From: Eledone cirrhosa
Lineage: Eukaryota
Reading direction: 5' to 3'
Length of the DNA: 64,000 nt
Assembly: GCA_964016885.1 (NCBI GenBank)
Contig: OZ024761.1
Coordinates: forward strand, 30,504,001-30,568,000
In this document: one piece after another, positions 35,943 through 51,300 of the stretch
How the letters are laid out: every line of letters starts with the position of its first letter
Position numbering within the stretch: the first letter of the stretch is position 1
Position numbers and translations under genes: made by a program
Notes under the pieces: model-generated
Databases searched by the model: none
What the model was told of the DNA's origin: nothing
Seen by the model: only the letters and a program-made list of their open reading frames with translations

Positions 35943-38900
35943 GACATGTGTGTGTGTGTGTGTGTACATTCTTAGGTATATACATATATATTTATACACA
36001 CATACATACAAATATATATATTTCTATGAGTCACAGTTTATTACACATTGGAGACAGAGTGAGAGATTTAGCTTTCATTTTTAGCAGATTTAGAAACTTT
36101 GCAAACGCTTTATTTTTTCTTATTGCCGGTACTCTGAACACGATTTGAAATGACTGGAGTGAGTTTATAAAAGGGTAAACTGAAATAGTTGCACCGGTAA
36201 TATATTTAGTGTTACACCGGTATTTTCGAAACAGTCTCTTTCGCATTCGTCTGCAAGAGGTAACGTTTTCTATGCCGTCTCTGTTAGTGTAGAACTGTAG
36301 GTTGACTTGCCTGGTTTTTACAACTCTTTGTCAAAATGCATATTATTATTATATACTTTCAAACACACTTACATATATTATATTTATAAACATATAGGAT
36401 TTTACTAAGTTTTTATTCTTTCTAATGTGAAGAGATAGAAATAATAATTTAAAACTAAAGTATAATGATATAACAACCGTATATAATAGTTTTCTCCCCT
36501 TTATTGAGATACAAACGTTTTAAAGAAAAAACATGACAGTATAAGAAATATTTAATATCATAACATATAATATTTCAGGTAGGATGGTCGTTTCTCTTGT
36601 CTTCCACCTCTAGTTGTAGATTCTTCCTGTCCTCTCTAGCCATAATTATGTCGTCGACATATGCATAAGTTTGATTTCTTCTTGAATGAATTGCAAATCT
36701 TGAGGTAGCCTTCTTCGTACATTTATTAGCTTTAATTCGTGTTTACACTGCTTGTAATAATTCGTACGTTTTTTACTTTAGATGGAACATATATATAAAA
36801 ACGTCTGTGGCTTTAGTATACCTTTAAGTTTGATTTCAATAGAAAAATATTTACTGAACATGTGTAACACAATTATAACTGGAGCTACTAAGTTCCTAGC
36901 CACTAGAAAATCTATTTGATAGAAGTTATTTCCTAGTTCTATGCACTGTCAATATCCCTTCTACTTTTTATATGCTTGTGTTTGTTAAAGAAACATTCTC
37001 TGATTTAGGAACCACGATCTTCTCGCACCACCGTTGTAGTAATTCTTGTTAAATGTTTTGTCTGGTCTATTGTCAATAAGTGGCCTTGTTTTCTGATTAT
37101 GAATGAAGTTAAGTGGTCTACTGAATTGTCTTAATTATTGCTAATTTATAAGTTTGTTTAACTGCCGATAACTTTTAAATCTATTTCTTAGGTTGCTTAG
37201 GCCTACAAATCTTATATCAGTGTCCCTTCTTTTGACACTTTCTACGAGTGAATCCTTAAATTGACATTTTATTTTGGGTTGTACTGCCTTATCCAACCTA
37301 TAACAGCTAGAAGCAAATATAGTAAAAACAGGTCCTTGACTGTGAAGACTAATATGAGTTATGTTGAATATAATTGTTGAGGTTTATTCAATCTAAGAGA
37401 AGAAAAAATAAGTAAAGTGCAAAATTAACGTTTAAAGACAAGAAAAGTATTTCTCTTTCTCTCTGGCAAAATAAATCTGCTGTTTTTAGACCTAGAGGAG
37501 GGGAGGATTGACTCAGTCAGGTTTAAATGCCCACATGACGGTAATTACGGCACCCCTACAACAACAGTTAAGTGTCTATAACCACCACGCATTTATGAGA
37601 CTAAAAACCTTGCTAGTACAAAAGTTTTTAAATAATTTCATAAGTTTTAAATTCAAGTAAGTCCAATATAACGTATTTAAACGAATCTATAGATAGGATT
37701 TCAATATCTTCCAGAGCTTATGAAATAGTAAAACAATTTTTTTTTCTTTTCAATTATATCAAATACCATAAGTTGTTCTTTATGAAAGAAATGCTAAAAT
37801 AGATTTAGTTAGTATGACTCTGAAATGTGTTCATAAACGGTAATGTTATGTTTTCCTTAGAGCCTGTCTGTCTTACAGTATGTTTACACACAATACATAC
37901 ATGCATATACATAAATTAATTGTTTATTAGCTATATTCATCTGTTTACACTCCTCGTAATAATTCGAGCGGTTTTGTTTTTGTTTTTTCTTCAGAAGAGA
38001 CGTAGAAAGAAAAACGTTTGTGGCTTTAGTATTGCTTATTTTTAAGTTTTGTTTAATTGCCGATAAATTTGAAATATATTTGTTAGGTTTCTTAGAACTA
38101 CAAATCTTTCTTATGACACTTACTACGGAATACATTCTTAGCTGGATACTTTACTTTGTGATTACTTTCCTCCCAAAGCCATGACAGCTTGAATCAGATG
38201 TAGCAAAAACTTGTGAAGACTGACATGAGTTATGTTGAATATAAGTGTAGACGTAAAATATTTTTGTTTATTCAATCTAAAGGGAAGGAAAAAGAATTAT
38301 AAGTCAAGTGCAAAATTAACGTTTAAAGGCATAAGAAAGGTATCTCGCTTTCTCTCCTGTAAAACAAATAGGCTGTTTTTAGACCAGGAGGATGGGAGGA
38401 TTGACTCAGTCAGATTTAAATGCACACATGACGGTAAATACGACAGTCCTACAACAGTTAAGTGTCTATAACAACCATGCATTTAAGAGACTGAAAACCT
38501 TACTAATGTGTTTTTATTTTGGTATTTAAAAACAAATTATATATTTAATTTCATGTAAGTCAAATACAATGTATTTAAATGAATCTACAGATGGAGTTGC
38601 AATATCTGCCAGGACTTTGGAAATAGGGAAATATATAATTTTTTTAATTAAAACTACTTTTCAAAGGAATAATAAAGATATATATATACACACACACACA
38701 CATCTCTAGTGGAGATATTTCTGAGATTGGAAACCCTATCGATGTATGTATTTTGTCACTGAAAAGTTATCAAAAAATTATTATTATATATACATGTTTG
38801 TGTTTTTGACGTAAGTAAAACGAATCTATATACGAGGTTTTCGATACCTGCCAGAGCTTATGAAATAGTAAAAGAATATTTTTATTTTTCAATTATGTCA

Positions 38901-41182
38901 AACATCGTATGTGGTTCTTTATTAAAGAAATGCTAAAATAGATTTAAATATATGAAATTTGCACAGTAGAATTACGGCCGCTTGGCTGGCGTCTGGTAAA
39001 GTGGTGGTAGTGTAGGTTCGAGCGGAGGGGAAACTAAAAAGGTGGCTTCGAGATGATCGTGGCCCCGGGTAGCCCAGAAGAGAGAGACCAATCTCTTAAA
39101 TTAAAAAGATAAAAATGTTTTAAACTTAAGATAAAGTAGAAGATCGAAACCCTATCTCCAAATCTATACACACTCAATTGATGCATAGATACACCACAAC
39201 TACCCGCACGACCACCTACAGACCAACAAATATGGAGTCAAAATAAACACATTTAAAGCTATTTTATTGTTAGACTAAAAATAAGTTTATATATGTAAAT
39301 ATTCAAAAGAAAATCACTTAAGTCTTTATAGTCTAGTGGTAAGACATAAGACTGGGGAATGCCGTGTTTGGATTTCGAATCAACTTAAAACATTATTTTT
39401 TTTATCCTCACACTGTAAGGAATTTGCTTGATTTGAACACGTAGTCATACCATTTAAAGCTTTATTTTTCTCTTTCTAGTCGTAACACAGTCAGCATATA
39501 AATAAACGTGATTCACTTCAACACGTTGCCATACCATTTAAAACTTTATTTGGAGATGAGACAAAGACACATAAATACACTAAGTAGTAAACCCTTGATT
39601 TAACTTACTATGAAGATGAAGAATGTCTGTTAATATCAAAGTGACGTTAAATTTAGGGGTCACTTTCATTGTTTTTAATTTACAGAAACTCCTTAATATA
39701 ATACAATGTATATATTAGAAGGAATATTTTTTATTTTCTTGTTCCGTCAAACCTTGCGTTTATTCTACACACACACATGTCGAAACACTTGCTTGAGCTG
39801 GCTTTCTTAGACATAATGAGAAGTGTTGGCTTTGTGGAGATTGATACAACTTTGGGTGATGTTACGAGGAGAGGCAAGGCTATGGAGAGTGTCTTAGTGG
39901 AAGAGATGATATCAGAGCAGTAACCTCCAAAGAGATGAAATTAGTGACTGAGATGCTATCATTGCATAGTTCAGAATATATATAACAAACATATACTATA
40001 AATTTAACAAGTCAAACTACAGTTATACTCTAACACGGAAGACAAATAAAACTTTACCTCTATCATGCACGTCGTATCCAGTGTGTTGTTATAAGAAAAC
40101 CGGTGAAACACTAAATATGCCACCAGTGTAGCGATTTTATACTCTCTCTGCTTCATCGTACCACCCAGTAACATGAAACTGTGTTCAAATCCCTGGGAGG
40201 TAGAATTACGTCGCTTTAAATAAACACACTGGGGTCAGTTTGAATATTGATTTCATGTGAAAAATATATACATATTATGATTGTACTCCGAACTATCAAT
40301 ATTGAAACAATTCTAATGCGCCAATAAAATTTATATATCTATACAGCAACAGTGTTTTCGATCTTTCTTACTTTTTTATTCACATTCTACAGTCACTTTA
40401 ACTCTGTAATAAAACCCAACACGAGACGAACGTTAACTGCAAGTTACCCACGAAATTAACGCAAACACAAATGAATATATATATATATACTACTAAAATG
40501 TATTTAAAATTAAAAAATAAATACTTAAATTCAATGTATAATTACACGTACAATATGTTTTGTTGTAAAACCCTAAATAATGATTTAAGAAATGATGTCA
40601 ATCTCTTTGTACAGAGATAAACATTAATTTATGTATATGCATTGTGTGTGCGTATATACTCCATTTAAGACAGCGAAAAAGCCAGTACCTCCTTCGAAGA
40701 ATGCCAAATAGTTTATGCCTCAGGGATACCGGTGTAACACTAATTAAGTTACCGGTGTAGATATTTCAGTTGAACCCTGCTTCAACAAACTACCCGGTAA
40801 TTTGAAATCGAGTTCAGAGTGAGGGGTGTAAAACAGAATTCTGTTTGGAAAATAGTAAATTCTAAACCTGCTAGAAATAATAGCCAAATGTCGTACTTTG
40901 GGTACGAGGTGCGACTCGTCTTACCTCTTCTAATATATATATATATATGTGTGCGTGTGTGTAGATTCACGGGTCGCGGCGGAGAGAAACCACAATAAAT
41001 ACAATGTACTCAATAGATTGGCATAGTATATATATATATGTGTGTACATATAAATATGTGTGTGTGTGTATGTATATATATATATGTATAAATGTATATA
41101 TACATATAAATACTTATATATACATAAACATATGTATACATACACACATATATAAATAAATATGTGTGTATATATATATATC

Positions 41183-41222
<40 letters not shown>

Positions 41223-42116
41223 TTACTTAGGTTCTAAGGAATATTCCGAGAATGTCGGGGTTTACTGTATATATATATATATATATGTATATACATATTT
41301 ATTACTTTCACTGTTATTTCTAGCATAAAAAAGAAAAACCGGAAGGAGAGAAAATTGAAAAACTTCTTCTTTTTCCCTCCTCTAACTTTTCAAACAAAAG
41401 GAAATTTTATGTAAACAAAAACGAAATTTTTGCCAAGAAAGATAACTCTTCTCTGACTTAAATCCAAAATTGGGATACAAAAAAAATTCCGCAATTTTTT
41501 GTATCCCAATTTTGGATTTAAGTCAGAGAAGAGTTATCTTTCTTGGCAAAAATTTCGTTTTTGTTTACATAAAATTCTCTTTTGTTTGAAAAGTTAGAAG
41601 AGGGAAAAAGAAGAAGTTTTTCAATTTTCTCCACTTCCCGTTTTTTCTAGTGTATACTAGAAATAGCAGTCAAAGCAATATATATGCCTTTTGTGACAAT
41701 ATATAGTTTTAACGCTAGATTATTAACAACAATATATTGTATTTGTTGGCCTATTGGACGCAGAAGACGCTCACTCGATCTTTATTATATTTTAGGTTGT
41801 ATTTTGAGGTTTATAGACATTTCTATGGACCACCTACAATATTCGCGGTTTTTCACTATTCTCGGGTTCTCTAGGACTGTAAACCCCACGAATGCCGGGG
41901 GGTAAATGTATATGAATATATCGACTGATAATATACAGTATAATTGTACGAGTATGCATATACATAGCAATATATATACATATTTACACATATATGTACA
42001 TATATATATATAGACACACATGTATATATATATATATAGACACACATGTATATATATATATATGCATGTATGTATATATGTATACACATATATATATATA
42101 TGAATGTCTGTATATA

Positions 42117-42152
<36 letters not shown>

Positions 42153-45100
42153 GACATGTGTGTGTGTGTGTGTGTACATTCTTAGGTATATACATATATA
42201 TTTATACACACATACATACAAATATATATATTTCTATGAGTCACAGTTTATTACACATTGGAGACAGAGTGAGAGATTTAGCTTTCATTTTTAGCAGATT
42301 TAGAAACTTTGCAAACGCTTTATTTTTTCTTATTGCCGGTACTCTGAACACGATTTGAAATGACTGGAGTGAGTTTATAAAAGGGTAAACTGAAATAGTT
42401 GCACCGGTAATATATTTAGTGTTACACCGGTATTTTCGAAACAGTCTCTTTCGCATTCGTCTGCAAGAGGTAACGTTTTCTATGCCGTCTCTGTTAGTGT
42501 AGAACTGTAGGTTGACTTGCCTGGTTTTTACAACTCTTTGTCAAAATGCATATTATTATTATATACTTTCAAACACACTTACATATATTATATTTATAAA
42601 CATATAGGATTTTACTAAGTTTTTATTCTTTCTAATGTGAAGAGATAGAAATAATAATTTAAAACTAAAGTATAATGATATAACAACCGTATATAATAGT
42701 TTTCTCCCCTTTATTGAGATACAAACGTTTTAAAGAAAAAACATGACAGTATAAGAAATATTTAATATCATAACATATAATATTTCAGGTAGGATGGTCG
42801 TTTCTCTTGTCTTCCACCTCTAGTTGTAGATTCTTCCTGTCCTCTCTAGCCATAATTATGTCGTCGACATATGCATAAGTTTGATTTCTTCTTGAATGAA
42901 TTGCAAATCTTGAGGTAGCCTTCTTCGTACATTTATTAGCTTTAATTCGTGTTTACACTGCTTGTAATAATTCGTACGTTTTTTACTTTAGATGGAACAT
43001 ATATATAAAAACGTCTGTGGCTTTAGTATACCTTTAAGTTTGATTTCAATAGAAAAATATTTACTGAACATGTGTAACACAATTATAACTGGAGCTACTA
43101 AGTTCCTAGCCACTAGAAAATCTATTTGATAGAAGTTATTTCCTAGTTCTATGCACTGTCAATATCCCTTCTACTTTTTATATGCTTGTGTTTGTTAAAG
43201 AAACATTCTCTGATTTAGGAACCACGATCTTCTCGCACCACCGTTGTAGTAATTCTTGTTAAATGTTTTGTCTGGTCTATTGTCAATAAGTGGCCTTGTT
43301 TTCTGATTATGAATGAAGTTAAGTGGTCTACTGAATTGTCTTAATTATTGCTAATTTATAAGTTTGTTTAACTGCCGATAACTTTTAAATCTATTTCTTA
43401 GGTTGCTTAGGCCTACAAATCTTATATCAGTGTCCCTTCTTTTGACACTTTCTACGAGTGAATCCTTAAATTGACATTTTATTTTGGGTTGTACTGCCTT
43501 ATCCAACCTATAACAGCTAGAAGCAAATATAGTAAAAACAGGTCCTTGACTGTGAAGACTAATATGAGTTATGTTGAATATAATTGTTGAGGTTTATTCA
43601 ATCTAAGAGAAGAAAAAATAAGTAAAGTGCAAAATTAACGTTTAAAGACAAGAAAAGTATTTCTCTTTCTCTCTGGCAAAATAAATCTGCTGTTTTTAGA
43701 CCTAGAGGAGGGGAGGATTGACTCAGTCAGGTTTAAATGCCCACATGACGGTAATTACGGCACCCCTACAACAACAGTTAAGTGTCTATAACCACCACGC
43801 ATTTATGAGACTAAAAACCTTGCTAGTACAAAAGTTTTTAAATAATTTCATAAGTTTTAAATTCAAGTAAGTCCAATATAACGTATTTAAACGAATCTAT
43901 AGATAGGATTTCAATATCTTCCAGAGCTTATGAAATAGTAAAACAATTTTTTTTTCTTTTCAATTATATCAAATACCATAAGTTGTTCTTTATGAAAGAA
44001 ATGCTAAAATAGATTTAGTTAGTATGACTCTGAAATGTGTTCATAAACGGTAATGTTATGTTTTCCTTAGAGCCTGTCTGTCTTACAGTATGTTTACACA
44101 CAATACATACATGCATATACATAAATTAATTGTTTATTAGCTATATTCATCTGTTTACACTCCTCGTAATAATTCGAGCGGTTTTGTTTTTGTTTTTTCT
44201 TCAGAAGAGACGTAGATAGAAAAACGTTTGTGGCTTTAGTATTGCTTATTTTTAAGTTTTGTTTAATTGCCGATAAATTTGAAATATATTTGTTAGGTTT
44301 CTTAGAACTACAAATCTTTCTTATGACACTTACTACGGAATACATTCTTAGCTGGATACTTTACTTTGTGATTACTTTCCTCCCAAAGCCATGACAGCTT
44401 GAATCAGATGTAGCAAAAACTTGTGAAGACTGACATGAGTTATGTTGAATATAAGTGTAGACGTAAAATATTTTTGTTTATTCAATCTAAAGGGAAGGAA
44501 AAAGAATTATAAGTCAAGTGCAAAATTAACGTTTAAAGGCATAAGAAAGGTATCTCGCTTTCTCTCCTGTAAAACAAATAGGCTGTTTTTAGACCAGGAG
44601 GATGGGAGGATTGACTCAGTCAGATTTAAATGCACACATGACGGTAAATACGACAGTCCTACAACAGTTAAGTGTCTATAACAACCATGCATTTAAGAGA
44701 CTGAAAACCTTACTAATGTGTTTTTATTTTGGTATTTAAAAACAAATTATATATTTAATTTCATGTAAGTCAAATACAATGTATTTAAATGAATCTACAG
44801 ATGGAGTTGCAATATCTGCCAGGACTTTGGAAATAGGGAAATATATAATTTTTTTAATTAAAACTACTTTTCAAAGGAATAATAAAGATATATATATACA
44901 CACACACACACATCTCTAGTGGAGATATTTCTGAGATTGGAAACCCTATCGATGTATGTATTTTGTCACTGAAAAGTTATCAAAAAATTATTATTATATA
45001 TACATGTTTGTGTTTTTGACGTAAGTAAAACGAATCTATATACGAGGTTTTCGATACCTGCCAGAGCTTATGAAATAGTAAAAGAATATTTTTATTTTTC

Positions 45101-47372
45101 AATTATGTCAAACATCGTATGTGGTTCTTTATTAAAGAAATGCTAAAATAGATTTAAATATATGAAATTTGCACAGTAGAATTACGGCCGCTTGGCTGGC
45201 GTCTGGTAAAGTGGTGGTAGTGTAGGTTCGAGCGGAGGGGAAACTAAAAAGGTGGCTTCGAGATGATCGTGGCCCCGGGTAGCCCAGAAGAGAGAGACCA
45301 ATCTCTTAAATTAAAAAGATAAAAATGTTTTAAACTTAAGATAAAGTAGAAGATCGAAACCCTATCTCCAAATCTATACACACTCAATTGATGCATAGAT
45401 ACACCACAACTACCCGCACGACCACCTACAGACCAACAAATATGGAGTGAAAATAAACACATTTAAAGCTATTTTATTGTTAGACTAAAAATAAGTTTAT
45501 ATATGTAAATATTCAAAAGAAAATCACTTAAGTCTTTATAGTCTAGTGGTAAGACATAAGACTGGGGAATGCCGTGTTTGGATTTCGAATCAACTTAAAA
45601 CATTATTTTTTTTATCCTCACACTGTAAGGAATTTGCTTGATTTGAACACGTAGTCATACCATTTAAAGCTTTATTTTTCTCTTTCTAGTCGTAACACAG
45701 TCAGCATATAAATAAACGTGATTCACTTCAACACGTTGCCATACCATTTAAAACTTTATTTGGAGATGAGACAAAGACACATAAATACACTAAGTAGTAA
45801 ACCCTTGATTTAACTTACTATGAAGATGAAGAATGTCTGTTAATATCAAAGTGACGTTAAATTTAGGGGTCACTTTCATTGTTTTTAATTTACAGAAACT
45901 CCTTAATATAATACAATGTATATATTAGAAGGAATATTTTTTATTTTCTTGTTCCGTCAAACCTTGCGTTTATTCTACACACACACATGTCGAAACACTT
46001 GCTTGAGCTGGCTTTCTTAGACATAATGAGAAGTGTTGGCTTTGTGGAGATTGATACAACTTTGGGTGATGTTACGAGGAGAGGCAAGGCTATGGAGAGT
46101 GTCTTAGTGGAAGAGATGATATCAGAGCAGTAACCTCCAAAGAGATGAAATTAGTGACTGAGATGCTATCATTGCATAGTTCAGAATATATATAACAAAC
46201 ATATACTATAAATTTCACAAGTCAAACTACAGTTATACTCTAACACGGAAGACAAATAAAACTTTACCTCTATCATGCACGTCGTATCCAGTGTGTTGTT
46301 ATAAGAAAACCGGTGAAACACTAAATATGCCACCAGTGTAGCGATTTTATACTCTCTCTGCTTCATCGTACCACCCAGTAACATGAAACTGTGTTCAAAT
46401 CCCTGGGAGGTAGAATTACGTCGCTTTAAATAAACACACTGGGGTCAGTTTGAATATTGATTTCATGTGAAAAATATATACATATTATGATTGTACTCCG
46501 AACTATCAATATTGAAACAATTCTAATGCGCCAATAAAATTTATATATCTATACAGCAACAGTGTTTTCGATCTTTCTTACTTTTTTATTCACATTCTAC
46601 AGTCACTTTAACTCTGTAATAAAACCCAACACGAGACGAACGTTAACTGCAAGTTACCCACGAAATTAACGCAAACACAAATGAATATATATATATATAC
46701 TACTAAAATGTATTTAAAATTAAAAAATAAATACTTAAATTCAATGTATAATTACACGTACAATATGTTTTGTTGTAAAACCCTAAATAATGATTTAAGA
46801 AATGATGTCAATCTCTTTGTACAGAGATAAACATTAATTTATGTATATGCATTGTGTGTGCGTATATACTCCATTTAAGACAGCGAAAAAGCCAGTACCT
46901 CCTTCGAAGAATGCCAAATAGTTTATGCCTCAGGGATACCGGTGTAACACTAATTAAGTTACCGGTGTAGATATTTCAGTTGAACCCTGCTTCAACAAAC
47001 TACCCGGTAATTTGAAATCGAGTTCAGAGTGAGGGGTGTAAAACAGAATTCTGTTTGGAAAATAGTAAATTCTAAACCTGCTAGAAATAATAGCCAAATG
47101 TCGTACTTTGGGTACGAGGTGCGACTCGTCTTACCTCTTCTAATATATATATATATATGTGTGCGTGTGTGTAGATTCACGGGTCGCGGCGGAGAGAAAC
47201 CACAATAAATACAATGTACTCAATAGCAATCTATTAGTATATATATATATGTGTGTACATATAAATATGTGTGTGTGTGTGTATGTATATATATATATGT
47301 ATAAATGTATATATACATATAAATACTTATATATACATAAACATATGTATACATACACACATATATAAATAA

Positions 47373-47413
<41 letters not shown>

Positions 47414-48319
47414 TTACTTAGGTTCTAAGGAATATTCCGCGAATGTCGGGGTTTACTGTGTATATATATATATATATATATATGTATATACATATTTATT
47501 ACTTTCACTGTTATTTCTAGCATAAAAAAGAAAAACCGGAAGGGGAGAAAATTGAAAAACTTCTTCTTTTTCCCTCCTCTAACTTTTCAAACAAAAGGAA
47601 ATTTTATGTAAACAAAAACGAAATTTTTGCCAAGAAAGATAACTCTTCTCTGACTTAAATCCAAAATTGGGAGACAAAAAAATTCCGCAATTTTTTGTAT
47701 CCCAATTTTGGATTTAAGTCAGAGAAGAGTTATCTTTCTTGGCAAAAATTTCGTTTTTGTTTACATAAAATTCTCTTTTGTTTGAAAAGTTAGAGGAGGG
47801 AAAAAGAAGAAGTTTTTCAATTTTCTCCACTTCCCGTTTTTTCTAGTGTATACTAGAAATAGCAGTCAAAGCAATATATATGCCTTTTGTGACAATATAT
47901 ATTGTTTTAACGCTAGATTATTAACAACAATATATTGTATTTGTTGGCCTATTGGACGCAGAAGACGCTCACTCGATTTTTATTATATTTTACGTTGTAT
48001 TTTGAGGTTTATAGACATTTCTATGGACCACCTACAATATTCGCGGTTTTTCACTATTCTCGGGTTCTCTAGGACTGTAAACCCCACGAATGCCGGGGGG
48101 TAAATGTATATGAATATATCGACTGATAATATACAGTATAATTGTACGAGTATGCATATACATAGCAATATATATACATATTTACACATATATGTACATA
48201 TATATATATAGACACACATGTATATATATATATATAGACACACATGTATATATATATATATATGCATGTATGTATATATGTATACACATATATATATATG
48301 AATGTCTGTATATATGTAC

Positions 48320-48352
<33 letters not shown>

Positions 48353-51300
48353 CATAGACATGTGTGTGTGTGTACATTCTTAGGTATATACATATATATT
48401 TATACACACATACATACAAATATACATATTTCTATGAGTCACAGTTTATTACACATTGGAGACAGAGTGAGAGATTTAGCTTTCATTTTTAGCAGATTTA
48501 GAAACTTTGCAAACGCTTTATTTTTTCTTATTGCCGGTACTCTGAACACGATTTGAAATGACTGGAGTGAGTTTATAAAAGGGTAAACTGAAATAGTTGC
48601 ACCGGTAATATATTTAGTATTACACCGGTATTTTCGAAACAGTCTCTTTCGCATTCGTCTGCAAGAGGTAACGTTTTCTATGCCGTCTCTGTTAGTGTAG
48701 AACTGTAGGTTGACTTGCCTGGTTTTTACAACTCTTTGTCAACATGCATATTATTATTATATACTTTCAAACACACTTACATATATTATATTTATAAACA
48801 TATAGGATTTTACTAAGTTTTTATTCTTTCTAATGTGAAGAGATAGAAATAATAAGTTAAAACTAAAGTATAATGATATAACAACCGTATATAATAGTTT
48901 TCTCCCCTTTATTGAGATGCAAACGTTTTAAAGAAAAAACATGACAGTATAAGAAATATTTAATATCATAACATATAATATTTCAGGTAGGATGGTCGTT
49001 TCTCTTGTCTTCCACCTCTAGTTGTAGATTCTTCATGTCCTCTCTAGCCATAATTATGTCGTCGACATATGCATAAGTTTGATTTCTTCTTGAATGAATT
49101 GCAAATCTTGAGGTAGCCTTCTTGGTACATTTATTAGCTTTAATTCGTGTTTACACTGCTTGTAATAATTCGTACGTTTTTTACTTTAGATGAAACATAT
49201 ATATAAAAACGTCTGTGGCTTTAGTATACCTTTAAGTTTGATTTCAATAGAAAAATACTTACTGAACATGTGTAACACAATTATAACTGGATCTACTTAG
49301 TTCCTCGCCACTAGAAAAAAATCTATTTGATAGAAGTTATTTCCTAGTTCTATGCACTGTCAATATCCCTTCTACTTTTTATATGCTTGTGTTTGTTAAA
49401 GAAACATTCTCTGATTTAGGAACCACGATCTTCTCGCACCACCGTTGTAGTAATTCTTGTTAAATGTTTTGTCTGGTCTATTGTCAATAAGTGGCCTTGT
49501 TTTCTGATTATGAATGAAGTTAAGTGGTCTACTGAATTGTCTTAATTATTGCTAATTTATAAGTTTGTTTAACTGCCGATAACTTTTAAATCTATTTCTT
49601 AGGTTGCTTAGGCCTACAAATCTTATATCAGTGTCCCTTCTTTTGACACTTTCTACGAGTGAATCCTTAAATTGACATTTTATTTTGGGTTGTACTGCCT
49701 TATCCCACCTATAACAGCTAGAAGCAAATATAGTAAAAACAGGTCCTTGACTGAGAAGACTAATATGAGTTATGTTGAATATAATTGTTGAGGTTTATTC
49801 AATCTAAGAGAAGAAAAAATAAGTAAAGTGCAAAATTAACGTTTAAAGACAAGAAAAGTATTTCTCTTTCTCTCTGGCAAAATAAATCTGCTGTTTTTAG
49901 ACCTAGAGGAGGGGAGGATTGACTCAGTCAGGTTTAAATGCCCACATGACGGTAATTACGGCACCCCTACAACAACAGTTAAGTGTCTATAACCACCACG
50001 CATTTATGAGACTAAAAACCTTGCTAGTGTATTTTTATTTTGGTACAAAAGTTTTTAAATAATTTCATAAGTTTTAAATTCAAGTAAGTCCAATATAACG
50101 TATTTAAACGAATCTATAGATAGGATTTCAATATCTTCCAGAGCTTATGAAATAGTAAAACAATTTTTTTTCTTTTCAATTATATCAAATACCATAAGTT
50201 GTTCTTTATGAAAGAAATGCTAAAATAGATTTAGTTAGTATGACTCTGAAATGTGTTCATAAACGGTAATGTTATGTTTTCCTTAGAGCCTGTCTGTCTT
50301 ACAGTATGTTTACACACAATACATACATGCATATACATAAATTAATTGTTTATTAGCTATATTCATCTGTTTACACTCCTCGTAATAATTCGAGCGGTTT
50401 TGTTTTTGTTTTTTCTTCAGGAGAGACGTAGATAGAAAAACGTTTGTGGCTTTAGTATTGCTTATTTTTAAGTTTTGTTTAATTGCCGATAAATTTGAAA
50501 TATATTTGTTAGGTTTCTTAGAACTACAAATCTTTCTTATGACACTTACTACGGAATACATTCTTAGCTGGATACTTTACTTTGTGATTACTTTCCTCCC
50601 AAAGCCATGACAGCTTGAATCAGATGTAGCAAAAACTTGTGAAGACTGACATGAGTTATGTTGAATATAAGTGTAGACGTAAAATATTTTTGTTTATTCA
50701 ATCTAAAGGGAAGGAAAAAGAATTATAAGTCAAGTGCAAAATTAACGTTTAAAGGCATAAGAAAGGTATCTCGCTTTCTCTCCTGTAAAACAAATAGGCT
50801 GTTTTTAGACCAGGAGGATGGGAGGATTGACTCAGTCAGATTTAAATGCACACATGACGGTAAATACGACAGTCCTACAACAGTTAAGTGTCTATAACAA
50901 CCATGCATTTAAGAGACTGAAAACCTTACTAATGTGTTTTTATTTTGGTATTTAAAAACAAATTATATATTTAATTTCATGTAAGTCAAATACAATGTAT
51001 TTAAATGAATCTACAGATGGAGTTGCAATATCTGCCAGGACTTTGGAAATAGGGAAATATATAATTTTTTTAATTAAAACTACTTTTCAAAGGAATAATA
51101 AAGATATATATATACACACACACACGCACATCTCTAGTGGAGATATTTCTGAGATTGGAAACCCTATCGATGTATGTATTTTGTCACTGAAAAGTTATCA
51201 AAAAATATTATTATATATACATGTTTGTGTTTTTGACGTAAGTAAAACGAATCTATATACGAGGTTTTCGATACCTGCCAGAGCTTATGAAATAGTAAAA

